Source: Candidatus Sulfomarinibacteraceae bacterium (lineage in GTDB: Bacteria; Acidobacteriota; Thermoanaerobaculia; Thermoanaerobaculales; Sulfomarinibacteraceae). From it: 64,000 nt of DNA. The stretch covers positions 96,001 to 160,000 of the forward strand of contig CAWCLO010000005.1 of assembly GCA_963796455.1 (NCBI GenBank). The letters run 5' to 3'. Below, in pieces: positions 9,913 through 18,443 of the stretch (position 1 is the stretch's first letter; every line of letters starts with the position of its first letter). Made by a program: the position numbers and the translations under genes. A model generated the notes under the pieces. The model searched no databases. It saw only the letters and a list, made by a program, of their open reading frames with translations, and was not told where the DNA came from.

Positions 9913-11513
9913 AACAGCCCGATAGCGTCAAGGACATTTCCAGAAACCCCGGTCAGCCGCTGGCTCATATCGATGCGCTCGAGCAGATCCCGCTGCCTCC
10001 TCCGTTTGACAAGATCGACGACGAGCCGGAATTTGCCCAGATTTCGGACGCGGCACGCGAAAAATTCGTGGTGCTCGACGACACCATCGCGGTCAATATC
10101 CCCAAACCGGAGACCAAAGAGGACGAGGCTCGCCTCGTTGACGGTTTCTTGAGGGGTCTCGAGCGGTGCATGAGCACTGAGGACAACTGGGCCTTTCTGC
10201 AGCCCTTCGAGATGTCGATGGAACACTGCGCACACTGTCAGACCTGTTCCGACGCGTGTCCTATCTATGAGGAGAGCGGCGAGAACGAGCTCTACCGGCC
10301 GATGTATCGCTCCGAAATTCTCCGCCGGATCTATTTCAAGTACGTCAAAAAGCAGTCGCCGAAGGTCCATGGCGACATCGATCTCAACTGGGAGACCGTC
10401 GCCAGGTTGATCGAGCTTTCTTATCGTTGCAACCTCTGCCGCCGTTGTGCGCAGACCTGTCCGATCGGCGTCGACAATGCCCTCCTGTCCCGCGAGATCC
10501 GCAAGATCGCGTCGATGGAGATGGGGATCGTGCCGAAAGAGCTTCACAAAGACGGTTCGGTGCTGCAGCTCGAAGTGGGTTCCTCCACCGGCATGACGCC
10601 CATGATCGTCAAAGACAATATCGAGTTCATCGACGAAGACACCGCCGAGCGCACGGGAATCGAAATCGAAACCCCCTGGGATGTTGAAGGCGCCGATATC
10701 CTCCTCATTCACAATGCGGGCGAGATCATGGCATGGCCCGAAAACCCGGGCGCCTTCGCTACCGTTTTCGAAGCTGCCGGGTTGTCGTGGACCATGTCAT
10801 CGGAGGCCGTGGCCTACGACGGCATCAACTACGGCGTCTGGTACGACGACGTCCAGTTCGCCCGGGTCGCGGTCAAGCATGCGGCAGCCGCCAAAAAGCT
10901 CGGTGTGAAGAAGATCGTCCTTGGCGAGTGCGGCCACGCGCACAAGGCCCTGACCGTTATCGCGGACAAGATTCTCACCGGCGACCTGAACATCCCCCGT
11001 GAGAGCTCCATGGTGACCCTGCGCGATATCGTGCGCTCGGGCAAGCTCAAACTCGATCCGAGCCGCAATGATTTTCCGGTGACCCTGCACGATCCCTGCA
11101 ACCTCGTCCGGTTGATGGGCGTGGTCTCGCCGCAACGCGAGATCCTCGAGGCCGTGCTGCCGCCGGGACGCTTCCGCGAAATGACGCCCCACGGTGTGGA
11201 GAATTATTGTTGTGGCGGCGGCTCCGGCTTCGCCATCATGTCGGGCCACAACTTCCAGGATTGGCGCCACCGCCTGACCGGACGCAAGAAGTTCCGCCAG
11301 ATCCTCGACGCCTTCCAGGACGAGCCGATGGACAAGGAACACCCCAAGTACCTGTGTGCGCCGTGTTCCAACTGCAAAGGTCAGATCCGCGACATCATCA
11401 ATTATTACGACGCCTGGGAAAAGGCCGGCATCTACTACGGTGGTCTGGTCGAACTCATCGTCAACGCCATGGTCGATGCGGAGCCTGGGTTCATCGATTG
11501 GGAGTGGCACTAA
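9909..11513 (+). CDS. DsrK/HdrD-like (Fe-S)-binding CCG-domain protein (paralogue)
   Basis: CAHCQTCSDACP and CNLCRRCAQTCP clusters; GECGH, TLHDPC, CCGGG, CSNC. Confidence 0.85.
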   Translation: MKQPDSVKDISRNPGQPLAHIDALEQIPLPPPFDKIDDEPEFAQISDAAREKFVVLDDTIAVNIPKPETKEDEARLVDGFLRGLERCMSTEDNWAFLQPFEMSMEHCAHCQTCSDACPIYEESGENELYRPMYRSEILRRIYFKYVKKQSPKVHGDIDLNWETVARLIELSYRCNLCRRCAQTCPIGVDNALLSREIRKIASMEMGIVPKELHKDGSVLQLEVGSSTGMTPMIVKDNIEFIDEDTAERTGIEIETPWDVEGADILLIHNAGEIMAWPENPGAFATVFEAAGLSWTMSSEAVAYDGINYGVWYDDVQFARVAVKHAAAAKKLGVKKIVLGECGHAHKALTVIADKILTGDLNIPRESSMVTLRDIVRSGKLKLDPSRNDFPVTLHDPCNLVRLMGVVSPQREILEAVLPPGRFREMTPHGVENYCCGGGSGFAIMSGHNFQDWRHRLTGRKKFRQILDAFQDEPMDKEHPKYLCAPCSNCKGQIRDIINYYDAWEKAGIYYGGLVELIVNAMVDAEPGFIDWEWH

Positions 11514-11568
11514 TCTGGAATTAGGACTTAGGAATCAGGAATTTCCGTCCATGTAACGACGACAATTC

Positions 11569-11604
11569 AGAGAGCCGCCCGTGTTTGCGGGCGGCTCTCT
11601 TTTT
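11569..11604 (+). terminator. Intrinsic terminator between convergent genes
   Basis: AGAGAGCCGCCCG-tgtttg-CGGGCGGCTCTCT followed by a T run. Confidence 0.85.
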
Positions 11605-11627
11605 CTTAGCGATGGTTGTCGGGATTC

Positions 11628-12342
11628 TTACTCGTTCGGCTTCCATTCCTTCCAGACGTTGCCGACGAGAGCTGGTCCGGGCTTGAGCACCGGGTCACCG
11701 GGCATCCATCCTGCGGGGGTCGCTTCGGCTCCGCCGCTGGCGCGGACCAACTGGTAGGCCTGTACCTGCCGGATGGATTCGGCGATGCGCCGGCCCACCG
11801 GAGGCGTCAACACCTCCATGGCCTGGATCACACCGTCCGGATCGATGATGAATCGGCCGCGCAACTCGATTCCCTGCGTTTCGTCATAAACACCGTAGGC
11901 TCTGCCGATGTTGCCGGCCTGGTCCGAGAGCATGTGGAAAGGAATTCCGCCCTCCACCATTTTCGAAAGTTCGTGGTCGTTCCACATTTTGTGGACGAAA
12001 TGGCTGTCAACGCTGACCGAGAAATACTTCAACGCCGAGATCCTGCAGTTCCTGATACTTGTCGGCGACCGCCGACACTTCGGTGGCTCAAACGAAGGTG
12101 AAATCACCGGGGTAGAAGCAAAGAAGAATCCACTTGCCAAAATGGTCGGAGAGCTGAACGTTGGTGAAGCTGCCTTTGAAATAGGCAGGTGCGTTGAAGT
12201 CCGGTGCCTTCTGTCCGACTCGTGCCGTCATGAAATTCTCCTTGGTGGTTTCGTCGATTGTTGGGGTGTCCGGAACCTCGGGCGAGGGCTCGCCCATGAC
12301 CGCTCCGGTGACTCGTGCGCATCCTTTGGGTTCTTCTGCCAT
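11628..12342 (-). CDS. prxU: Selenocysteine-containing peroxiredoxin (PrxU/AhpC-type); one apparent single-base frameshift near 12022
   Basis: [15 protein letters not shown] places UGA (12088-12090) at the peroxidatic Cys; continues [23 protein letters not shown] after an extra T; GGAGG before ATG 12342. Confidence 0.85.
12060..12077 (-). promoter_or_regulatory. Bacterial SECIS hairpin
   Basis: 10 nt after UGA: UGUCGGC-GGUC-GCCGACA, a 7-bp stem with a G-first apical loop. Confidence 0.75.
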
Positions 12343-12469
12343 TGGACCTCCTTGTGGTTCCCGATCTAACACCGTGATTCACGGATAGTCAAGCAAATAG
12401 GTTATGAATCAATCAGTTGCGCGTATGTTCACTTGAGAAAAAGCTTGGTCCGCCTCGGAAGCTGCGTCG

Positions 12470-12908
12470 TCAGTCGTAGCTTCTGCGCATTGCCTTCGTC
12501 GGTGAGGCTCGGCTGGAGCTTGCTCTGCCACTCCGGCCCGGTCCACGTCCCAAGGACTGCATGGGTGTCGAAGTATTTCTGTGGAATCGGGTGGGTCCCG
12601 AGCACGACCTCCATGCCGTATTTGGCTTCAATGAATGTGCTGAATTCATCGATGTAGGGGCACGGTGGATAACCGACCAGAAAGCCGGTGGCCAGGTGCA
12701 CCACTTCGGCACCGTTTTTCTTCATTTCCTCCGGCGCGTATTCGATGTTGCCGCCAGGGCAGCCGTCGCATGTGGTGTATCCCACCAGTTCGACTTCCTC
12801 GTCTCGATAGCGACTGAAAGCTCCCTCGCGCTGCCTGAGGGCCCGTAGGCATTTGCCACCCGCACACGTGTGGTATCGATCACAGATGATGATTCCGATC
12901 TTTTTCAT
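12470..12908 (-). CDS. CGGC domain-containing metal-binding protein (likely frameshift near the 3' end)
   Basis: MKKIGIIICDRYHTCAGGKC, TTCDGCPGG, YPPCP, VLGTHPIP; the natural-looking end AMRRSYD* lies in the adjacent frame. Confidence 0.8.
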
Positions 12909-13906
12909 TTCGATATCTCCTTCATTTGCCATGCTGCCGGAGCCAGCGAATCGTTGGTCATCCCTCCACCCACCCCTGGAGGTTCGTCCCACACGCTGCG
13001 GATGTCGTCCGCGGCGTCGCCACCCAACTCGACCACGGCTCGACCCGCGACCTGGGCCTTCGTGACCGTGGTGTCGTAGCGAATGCGGCCGGCGATCACG
13101 GCGCCGTGGCGGAGCGCGTGGGATTCGATCTGCTCCGCGCCCTCCGGATTGAGGTCCCAACGGTTGACACACACGGCGACCGGTATGTGGAAGTGGGCGG
13201 CCAGTTCGAGGACCCGCTTCATGTCGTGTGCTCCGGACACAGTAGGCTCGGTCACGATGAGGACGCCGGTCGCTCCGGTGATGGCGGCGATGACCGGACA
13301 GCCAATACCGGGTGGGCCGTCGACCAGGATCAAAGCAGAATCGTTGCTCGCTGCGAGCTTCTTCGCTTCGCTGCGCACGGTGGAGACCAGCTTTCCCGAG
13401 TTCTCGGCCGCGATCCCCAGGCGCGCGTGGACCATGGGACCGGTCGGCGTCGTCGACACGAACCACTCGCCGCACCTGCGTTCGGGGAAGGCGATGGCCC
13501 GGTTGGGACAGACTTCGACGCACACCCCGCAACCCTCGCAGGCGAGGGGATCGATGACGGATACGGTTGAGTTGTTTTCGGCGATCACCGCACCGAACCG
13601 GCAGACCTCACGACAGGTGCCGGATCCGTTGCAGAGATCCTGGCGGATCACCGCATCGTGGCCGCTGGAAAATATGTGGCTTTCGAGAGTCTGTGGCCTT
13701 AAAACGAGGTGGAGATCGGCCGCGTCAACATCGCAATCGGCAATGACGGCATTCCGAGCGAGTACTGCGAAGGATGCCGCAACGCTGGTTTTGCCGGTTC
13801 CCCCCTTGCCGCTGATGATCACGAGTTCCGGGATAGGTGTGCGCGCCGCCCGGGAATCCCTTACCGGTAGTTTGGTCGGCAGGTGTTCAACGGCAGGCAT
13901 GAGCAT
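12905..13906 (-). CDS. MinD-superfamily P-loop ATPase with inserted ferredoxin (copy 2)
   Basis: SGKGGTGKT, DCDVDAADL, CEGCGVCVEVCP, ENSGKLV, DGPPGIGCP. Confidence 0.85.
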   Translation of the reverse strand: MLMPAVEHLPTKLPVRDSRAARTPIPELVIISGKGGTGKTSVAASFAVLARNAVIADCDVDAADLHLVLRPQTLESHIFSSGHDAVIRQDLCNGSGTCREVCRFGAVIAENNSTVSVIDPLACEGCGVCVEVCPNRAIAFPERRCGEWFVSTTPTGPMVHARLGIAAENSGKLVSTVRSEAKKLAASNDSALILVDGPPGIGCPVIAAITGATGVLIVTEPTVSGAHDMKRVLELAAHFHIPVAVCVNRWDLNPEGAEQIESHALRHGAVIAGRIRYDTTVTKAQVAGRAVVELGGDAADDIRSVWDEPPGVGGGMTNDSLAPAAWQMKEISK

Positions 13907-14771
13907 GACCCTCCTCGGCCCTTGAGTCGGATCCGCCGGCCGCGATGGTCTCGATGTGCTCGGCAAATAATCCGAAGAGTCGACGGACTTCGGGAAAACT
14001 GCCGACGAGTGTCCGGCCGCCGGCATACGCCTCTGCGATGCGGCGGTCGTCCGGAATCTCGAGCAGGATCGGCAGGCCTTCGGCGGCACAGTAGTCGTGA
14101 ACCCGATTGTCGCCCGAACCTGCGCGGTTGATCACGACGCCGCATGGAATTTCGAGGGCTCGCACCGTCTCTACGGCGAGAGCGAGATCGTTGAGACCGA
14201 AAGGAGTCGGCTCGGTGACCAGGACCACGAAATCACTGCCGCGCACTGCGGCGATCATCGAGCACGAGGTGCCGGGCGGAGCATCGATGAGGACCACCCC
14301 GTCCTCATGGCACCGTGCCCTGACCTCGCGGATCAGGGGCGGAACCAGAGCCTCGCCCACGTTGAGGCGACCCTGCACGAGGTCGATACTGCCGGCCCTG
14401 CACTCTTCAACCACCCCGATGGGTCGCAAGACTTCGGTGATGGCCTCTTCCGGACAGAGCAGTGCGCATCCGCCACAGCCGTGGCACAGTTCGGGGAAGA
14501 CCATGACGCCGGTCCCGAGGACCGCGATGGCGTTGTACTGACAGATCCGGCTGCACTCGCCGCATTGGTTGCAGCGGTCGGGATCGATCTCGGGAGCCGG
14601 GATGCCGACCACCTCCCGCCCCACCGGTTCGGCGTCCAGGAAGAGATGGACATTGGGCGCCTCGACGTCACAGTCGAGGATCTGGACTGCGCCGGAGAGG
14701 CTCAGACCGAGGTTCACAGCCACCGTCGTTTTTCCGGTGCCGCCCTTGCCTGAAGCGATCGCGACGATCAC
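13887..14771 (-). CDS. MinD-superfamily P-loop ATPase with inserted ferredoxin (copy 1)
   Basis: GTG start overlapping the upstream stop; ASGKGGTGKTT, DCDVEAPN, two CxxCxxC motifs, DAPPGTSC, TEPTPFGLNDL. Confidence 0.88.
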   Translation of the reverse strand: MIVAIASGKGGTGKTTVAVNLGLSLSGAVQILDCDVEAPNVHLFLDAEPVGREVVGIPAPEIDPDRCNQCGECSRICQYNAIAVLGTGVMVFPELCHGCGGCALLCPEEAITEVLRPIGVVEECRAGSIDLVQGRLNVGEALVPPLIREVRARCHEDGVVLIDAPPGTSCSMIAAVRGSDFVVLVTEPTPFGLNDLALAVETVRALEIPCGVVINRAGSGDNRVHDYCAAEGLPILLEIPDDRRIAEAYAGGRTLVGSFPEVRRLFGLFAEHIETIAAGGSDSRAEEGHAHACR

Positions 14772-15130
14772 CCCCAGTGTCCTCCGACGTCGGGCTCTTC
14801 CGAGAGGTGGAGGGTGCCCGCCTTGAAGCCTTCGATCGCGTCGGCGATTGTGCCCGAAGCGCCGGTGTAGACCTTGATGCCGGCCGCCGTCAGGGTTCGG
14901 AAGGCCTTGGGCCCGCAGTGGCCGGTGAGCAAACACTCGGCGCCGAGTCGGGAGACGGTTTCCGCCGCTTGGATGCCGGCCCCCTGGGCGGCACTCGCGG
15001 CGCCGGAGTTATCGATACTCTTCGTCTCACCGGTCTCTGTGTCGACCAGCACGAACATGGCAGCGCGGCCGAATCGGGGGTCAACCTGCGAGTCCAGACT
15101 CCCACCTATCGACGATACGACGACTTTCAT
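14768..15130 (-). CDS. NifB/NifX (MTH1175/orange protein-like) family protein
   Basis: VDPRFGRA, GAGIQAA, TGHCGPKAF. Confidence 0.88.
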   Translation of the reverse strand: MKVVVSSIGGSLDSQVDPRFGRAAMFVLVDTETGETKSIDNSGAASAAQGAGIQAAETVSRLGAECLLTGHCGPKAFRTLTAAGIKVYTGASGTIADAIEGFKAGTLHLSEEPDVGGHWG

Positions 15131-15166
15131 TTTCTACCTCCGGAACGCGTACTTTTTCGCGTCAAA

Positions 15167-15514
15167 TCACCGCTCGGCCTTGAGTTCGCCGAGACGCGTC
15201 TTGATATTTTGTTGTTCGACCTCGAGCGCAGCAGCGCGCTTCTCGAGGATCTCCAGCTGGGTTTCAACCGTCGGTTCGGAGCCCGCGAAGGCCGGCGGGA
15301 CCGCCGCCCCTCGCATCCTTCCGGGTGTTCCGGTCGCCCAGAATCGGTTGCGCCGGCCCCGGCCTCCTCCACCAACGCCGCGGCCGAAACCTCGGCCCTG
15401 TCCGCCGTTCCTGCCGCGCGCGAAAGGCGGTCCGCCCTGCTCGCCACACGGGCCACGGCCCCAACCGGTCATCGCCCCACGACCCATCGGTCCACTACCG
15501 TCTCCACCGGGCAT
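15167..15514 (-). CDS. DUF5320 family protein
   Basis: MPGGDGSGPMGRGAMTGWGRGPC, Gly/Arg-rich middle, C-terminal coiled coil. Confidence 0.8.
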   Translation of the reverse strand: MPGGDGSGPMGRGAMTGWGRGPCGEQGGPPFARGRNGGQGRGFGRGVGGGGRGRRNRFWATGTPGRMRGAAVPPAFAGSEPTVETQLEILEKRAAALEVEQQNIKTRLGELKAER

Positions 15515-15810
15515 TTCAACCCTCCGTTTCTTTTTGAGCCGCGTTGACTGCGGCGTTGGGTGATTTCTTGGTGATGGGCGGAACCCTCACGAATGAGGGC
15601 CACACCACAGTCCTCGCAGCGCTCTTTGAGGCATGGAACGCCTTGTTGGTGGGGGAAGCGGCGCCCGCACTTGGGGCAGAGGCATGATCCGCCGGCGCCC
15701 ATGGCGCCGCCACCCTGACCACGACCGCCGCCACCACGCCCTCCTTGACCGCCCTGGCCGCCGGCCCCCTGGCCCCGTCCCTGTCCGCTCCCTCGTCCCT
15801 GGTTCTTCAT
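15469..15810 (-). CDS. Small Gly-rich, Cys-rich metal-binding protein
   Basis: ATG 15810 with GGAGG; CLCPKCG..H..GVPC...CEDCG; 3' end uncertain because it overlaps the next gene. Confidence 0.7.
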   Translation of the reverse strand: MKNQGRGSGQGRGQGAGGQGGQGGRGGGGRGQGGGAMGAGGSCLCPKCGRRFPHQQGVPCLKERCEDCGVALIREGSAHHQEITQRRSQRGSKRNGGLKCPVETVVDRWVVGR

Positions 15811-15845
15811 CTCGACCTCCCAGCCGGGCGCCTCCGCCCGATCTC

Positions 15846-16247
15846 TCATTGGCCGTGGCCGTGACCGCCACATCCGCTTGATTCCTTGTGGTTTCCACAG
15901 TCGTGGAAGCCATGCTCGTGGCACAATTCACCGCTGAAGGTGAGCGTGCCGTCGAGGTAGGCGTGCACCATCGCCTCGGGATCCTCGCCGTCTGCTCCCA
16001 GCACCACATCGATGCCGTGCCCGGTGAAAATGTCCGACGCCCTCGGGCCCATGCCGCCGGCGAGGACCGTGGTCACTCCTTGCTTCCTGAGCCACATCGG
16101 GAACACGCCGCGGCCGTGCTCGGGTGGGGCGGCCTGACGTTGTTCGGTGATGTTTTTGGTCTCATCCACTGTGTAGAGCGCAAAGGCCTCGGCACCGCCG
16201 AAGTGGCTGGTGAATCTCCCCTCACGAATCGGAACTGCGATCATCAT
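15846..16247 (-). CDS. NifB/NifX family protein with His/Cys-rich tail
   Basis: MIAVP..SHFGG, LAGGMGPRA, CHEHGFHDCG..CGGHGH. Confidence 0.85.
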   Translation of the reverse strand: MMIAVPIREGRFTSHFGGAEAFALYTVDETKNITEQRQAAPPEHGRGVFPMWLRKQGVTTVLAGGMGPRASDIFTGHGIDVVLGADGEDPEAMVHAYLDGTLTFSGELCHEHGFHDCGNHKESSGCGGHGHGQ

Positions 16248-16639
16248 TTTCCCTGTCTCCTTCCTGTTCTCGGAGCATCGTCGCACCGGCAACCGCGGGT
16301 GCGTTTCCTGCCGGCACCGTGCACCGGGCACGGCAGCGGCTTACTTGGTCCCTCAACAACCGGGCCCTCGCCAATCAGCAGAAGTCGCTCTTCGACAAGG
16401 GCTCGGGCCACTACTGATCTCGCACGATCGAGGATTCGAGCGAAGGTGGGTCTCGAAACTCCCATCCGTTCGGCAGCGGCTTCCTGGTACAGGCCCTCGA
16501 GGTCGGCGAGGCGGAGAGCCTCGAGTTCGTCGGTGCGCAGGGTTTCAACTTCGAGCTCGGTTGCGGGGCGGCCGATGGGCTTGAAAGCACGCCCATGAGC
16601 CCCGCAGCTGACGTTCCTGAGCTTTTCCGGTCGTCCCAT
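16244..16639 (-). CDS. DUF134 family putative DNA-binding regulator
   Basis: MGRP, FKP.G, DELEALRLADLEGLYQEAAAERMGVSRPTFARIL. Confidence 0.9.
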   Translation of the reverse strand: MGRPEKLRNVSCGAHGRAFKPIGRPATELEVETLRTDELEALRLADLEGLYQEAAAERMGVSRPTFARILDRARSVVARALVEERLLLIGEGPVVEGPSKPLPCPVHGAGRKRTRGCRCDDAPRTGRRQGK

Positions 16640-16655
16640 CGAACCTCCTAGTTAC

Positions 16656-16667
16656 GAACATATGCTC
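16656..16667. promoter_or_regulatory. Near-palindrome upstream of the DUF134 gene (possible operator)
   Basis: GAACATATGCTC (one mismatch from GAGCATATGCTC) just upstream of the RBS. Confidence 0.4.
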
Positions 16668-16915
16668 AAAATGCTCATCGGTCAAGCCCTCGGGAAAAAT
16701 ATTCTGCTCACCAGGATAATTCCGTCGAGATGGAGGCGTGATTGAATGAGGAATGGAGGAAGCTGAGGAATGAATTTGTCGCTGCCGCTGGCGCGGCATC
16801 TCCGCCCCTGACACGGAAATGGCGATATTGAGCGCCGGCGAATTTATCATTATTTCGTATTGTATTTCGATACAGTTAATTAAGCTCGTACGAGCTCTAC
16901 CCGGGAGGAAGAGAT

Positions 16916-17397
16916 ATGAACGTACCCATCGCCCTGATCATCGGTTTCGTTGCAGGCATTTTGATTACAGTCGTAGCCACGGTCATGACTATGCGATCGA
17001 AAATGGTGGTGCCGGAGCGAAGTTCCAAGTCCTTCGAGACAACCTGCGAAGCCATCGAAGAGGTCGTTCCTTCGAGCGAAGGTTGGAGCTTCCCGATGGA
17101 GAGCTTCGACATGTCGGCTAAAGCTCGCGGCCAAGAATGGGCTGCCGGAAAACGTCAAACGCATCCGCCTTTACTTCATGTGCAACCCAAAGGTCGCCAA
17201 AGTGGTTCTCGGCGCCGAGCCCAAGTTGTCGGCGATCATGCCGTGCTCGTGGTCGGTCTACGAACTCACCGACGATACGGTGTGGGTGTCGCACATGAAC
17301 ATGGATCTGATGGCAAAGATGATGGGCGGCGTTGTCGGCCGGGCCATGGGTGGAGTCGCGAGAGGCCGACAAGGGCATCCTGAAACACGTGCTTTAG
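16916..17397 (+). CDS. DUF302 domain protein (two apparent frameshifts, ~17120 and ~17363)
   Basis: N-terminal TM, then FMCNPKVA..SAIMPCSWSVYE in the shifted frame; reconstructed end GILKHVL-TAG. Confidence 0.7.
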
Positions 17398-17445
17398 GCC
17401 CTCGATTCGAGCCGTCACCTCGGGCGGCCGGAAATTCGGCCGGAT

Positions 17446-17944
17446 CAGACGCCTGCCGACATCGCTTCCGGCTCGGCTGGGCGGGCTCCAGCGGCAGATT
17501 CATGACGATGGACTGCAGCTTGTTCATGGTCCCGATGTAGCGCTGAAAATAGTTGCGTGAAATCTGGGTCTGGATGCTATAACCCAGAACCAGATCTTGA
17601 TCCATCAATTCCTTGAGAGTGGTTGATGAGATTTTCAGAAGACGCGATTCACGCGTGCACTGGGCATCGAGACTGTAGTCGATCAATTGGAAGCAAACGC
17701 ACGAACCGAAAATGGCTCCCCCTGTCAGTTCGTCGATCTGGATGCTGACCCCGCGATGTCCCGGGAGCCGGAGCGAAACCTGGCCTTCGAGCACAATGTA
17801 GAAATGGTCTGCCGCGGCGCCTTTCTTGTAGATCGTTTCGCCCGCGTTATACGCAATGACCTCCGCCACATCGCTGATGGTCTTGACCTGGTCGGGCCGT
17901 AGAAATTGAAACACCTCATGCTTGTCGAGCCGATCGATGGCCAT
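17446..17944 (-). CDS. Stand-alone cyclic-nucleotide-binding (Crp-like) domain protein
   Basis: YNAGETIYKKG..ADHFYIVLEGQV..GAIFG; no HTH; 3' end approximate (uncorrected ORF runs to 17258). Confidence 0.75.
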
Positions 17945-17987
17945 CGGAGCCTCCTTTCTGGGTTGTTGGTCTTCAGTGGAGGTTCTT

Positions 17988-18003
17988 TGCACGAGGTGTG
18001 CCA
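17988..18003 (-). promoter_or_regulatory. Sigma-54 promoter for the cNMP-domain gene
   Basis: Minus strand TGGCAC-ACCTC-GTGCA, correct -24/-12 spacing, ~45 nt before ATG. Confidence 0.7.
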
Positions 18004-18261
18004 GATGAGGGGGAGGAGCGTGGTTTCGACCTGGGAGCGCTCGAGTGATCGGGCCGGCGATTTTCGAGCTGCATCCGAAAACTGCGATTAATCAGCAGTT
18101 TCAAAATGCGATCTCGTCGAGATTCCAGTCCGATATTTCGAGAATCAAAATGAGTCGAGGCCGGCGGGACCAATGTGGCCGGTTGCCCGTATGTCCGAGA
18201 CGGAATCCGGGTGAACGGCGGCAGGCATTGGAATCGTGCAGATTCATGCATTTTGCAATTA

Positions 18262-18274
18262 TATCAATGATTTG
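18262..18274 (+). promoter_or_regulatory. IHF-like site
   Basis: TATCAATGATTTG matches WATCAANNNNTTR; lies between two divergent sigma-54 sites. Confidence 0.5.
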
Positions 18275-18366
18275 AAACTGGCAGAACGCAACGTTCCTTC
18301 GGGCCTGCCAATCATAAATTGAAGAAATCAAGCACCTTGTGCGAAGTTCCCTGTGTTCTCGGAGGC

Positions 18367-18382
18367 GGGCATGGGCGTTGCA
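18367..18382 (+). promoter_or_regulatory. Sigma-54 promoter for the tmc/hmc operon
   Basis: GGGCAT-GGGCG-TTGCA with GG-N10-GC spacing, ~60 nt before the tmcD ATG. Confidence 0.6.
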
Positions 18383-18443
18383 CCGGGAGCCGACCAACGC
18401 GAGGGAACTGGTCGCGCGTGGGCCTGGACGAAGGGAGCGCGCA

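Noticed and set aside
12015..12030. Programmed frameshift in the peroxiredoxin
   Set aside because: No slippery heptamer seen; same single-base homopolymer pattern as in neighbouring genes
12429..13532. 367-aa fusion ORF containing the CGGC domain
   Set aside because: The N-terminal part is an alternate frame of the MinD ATPase; the real CGGC gene starts at 12908
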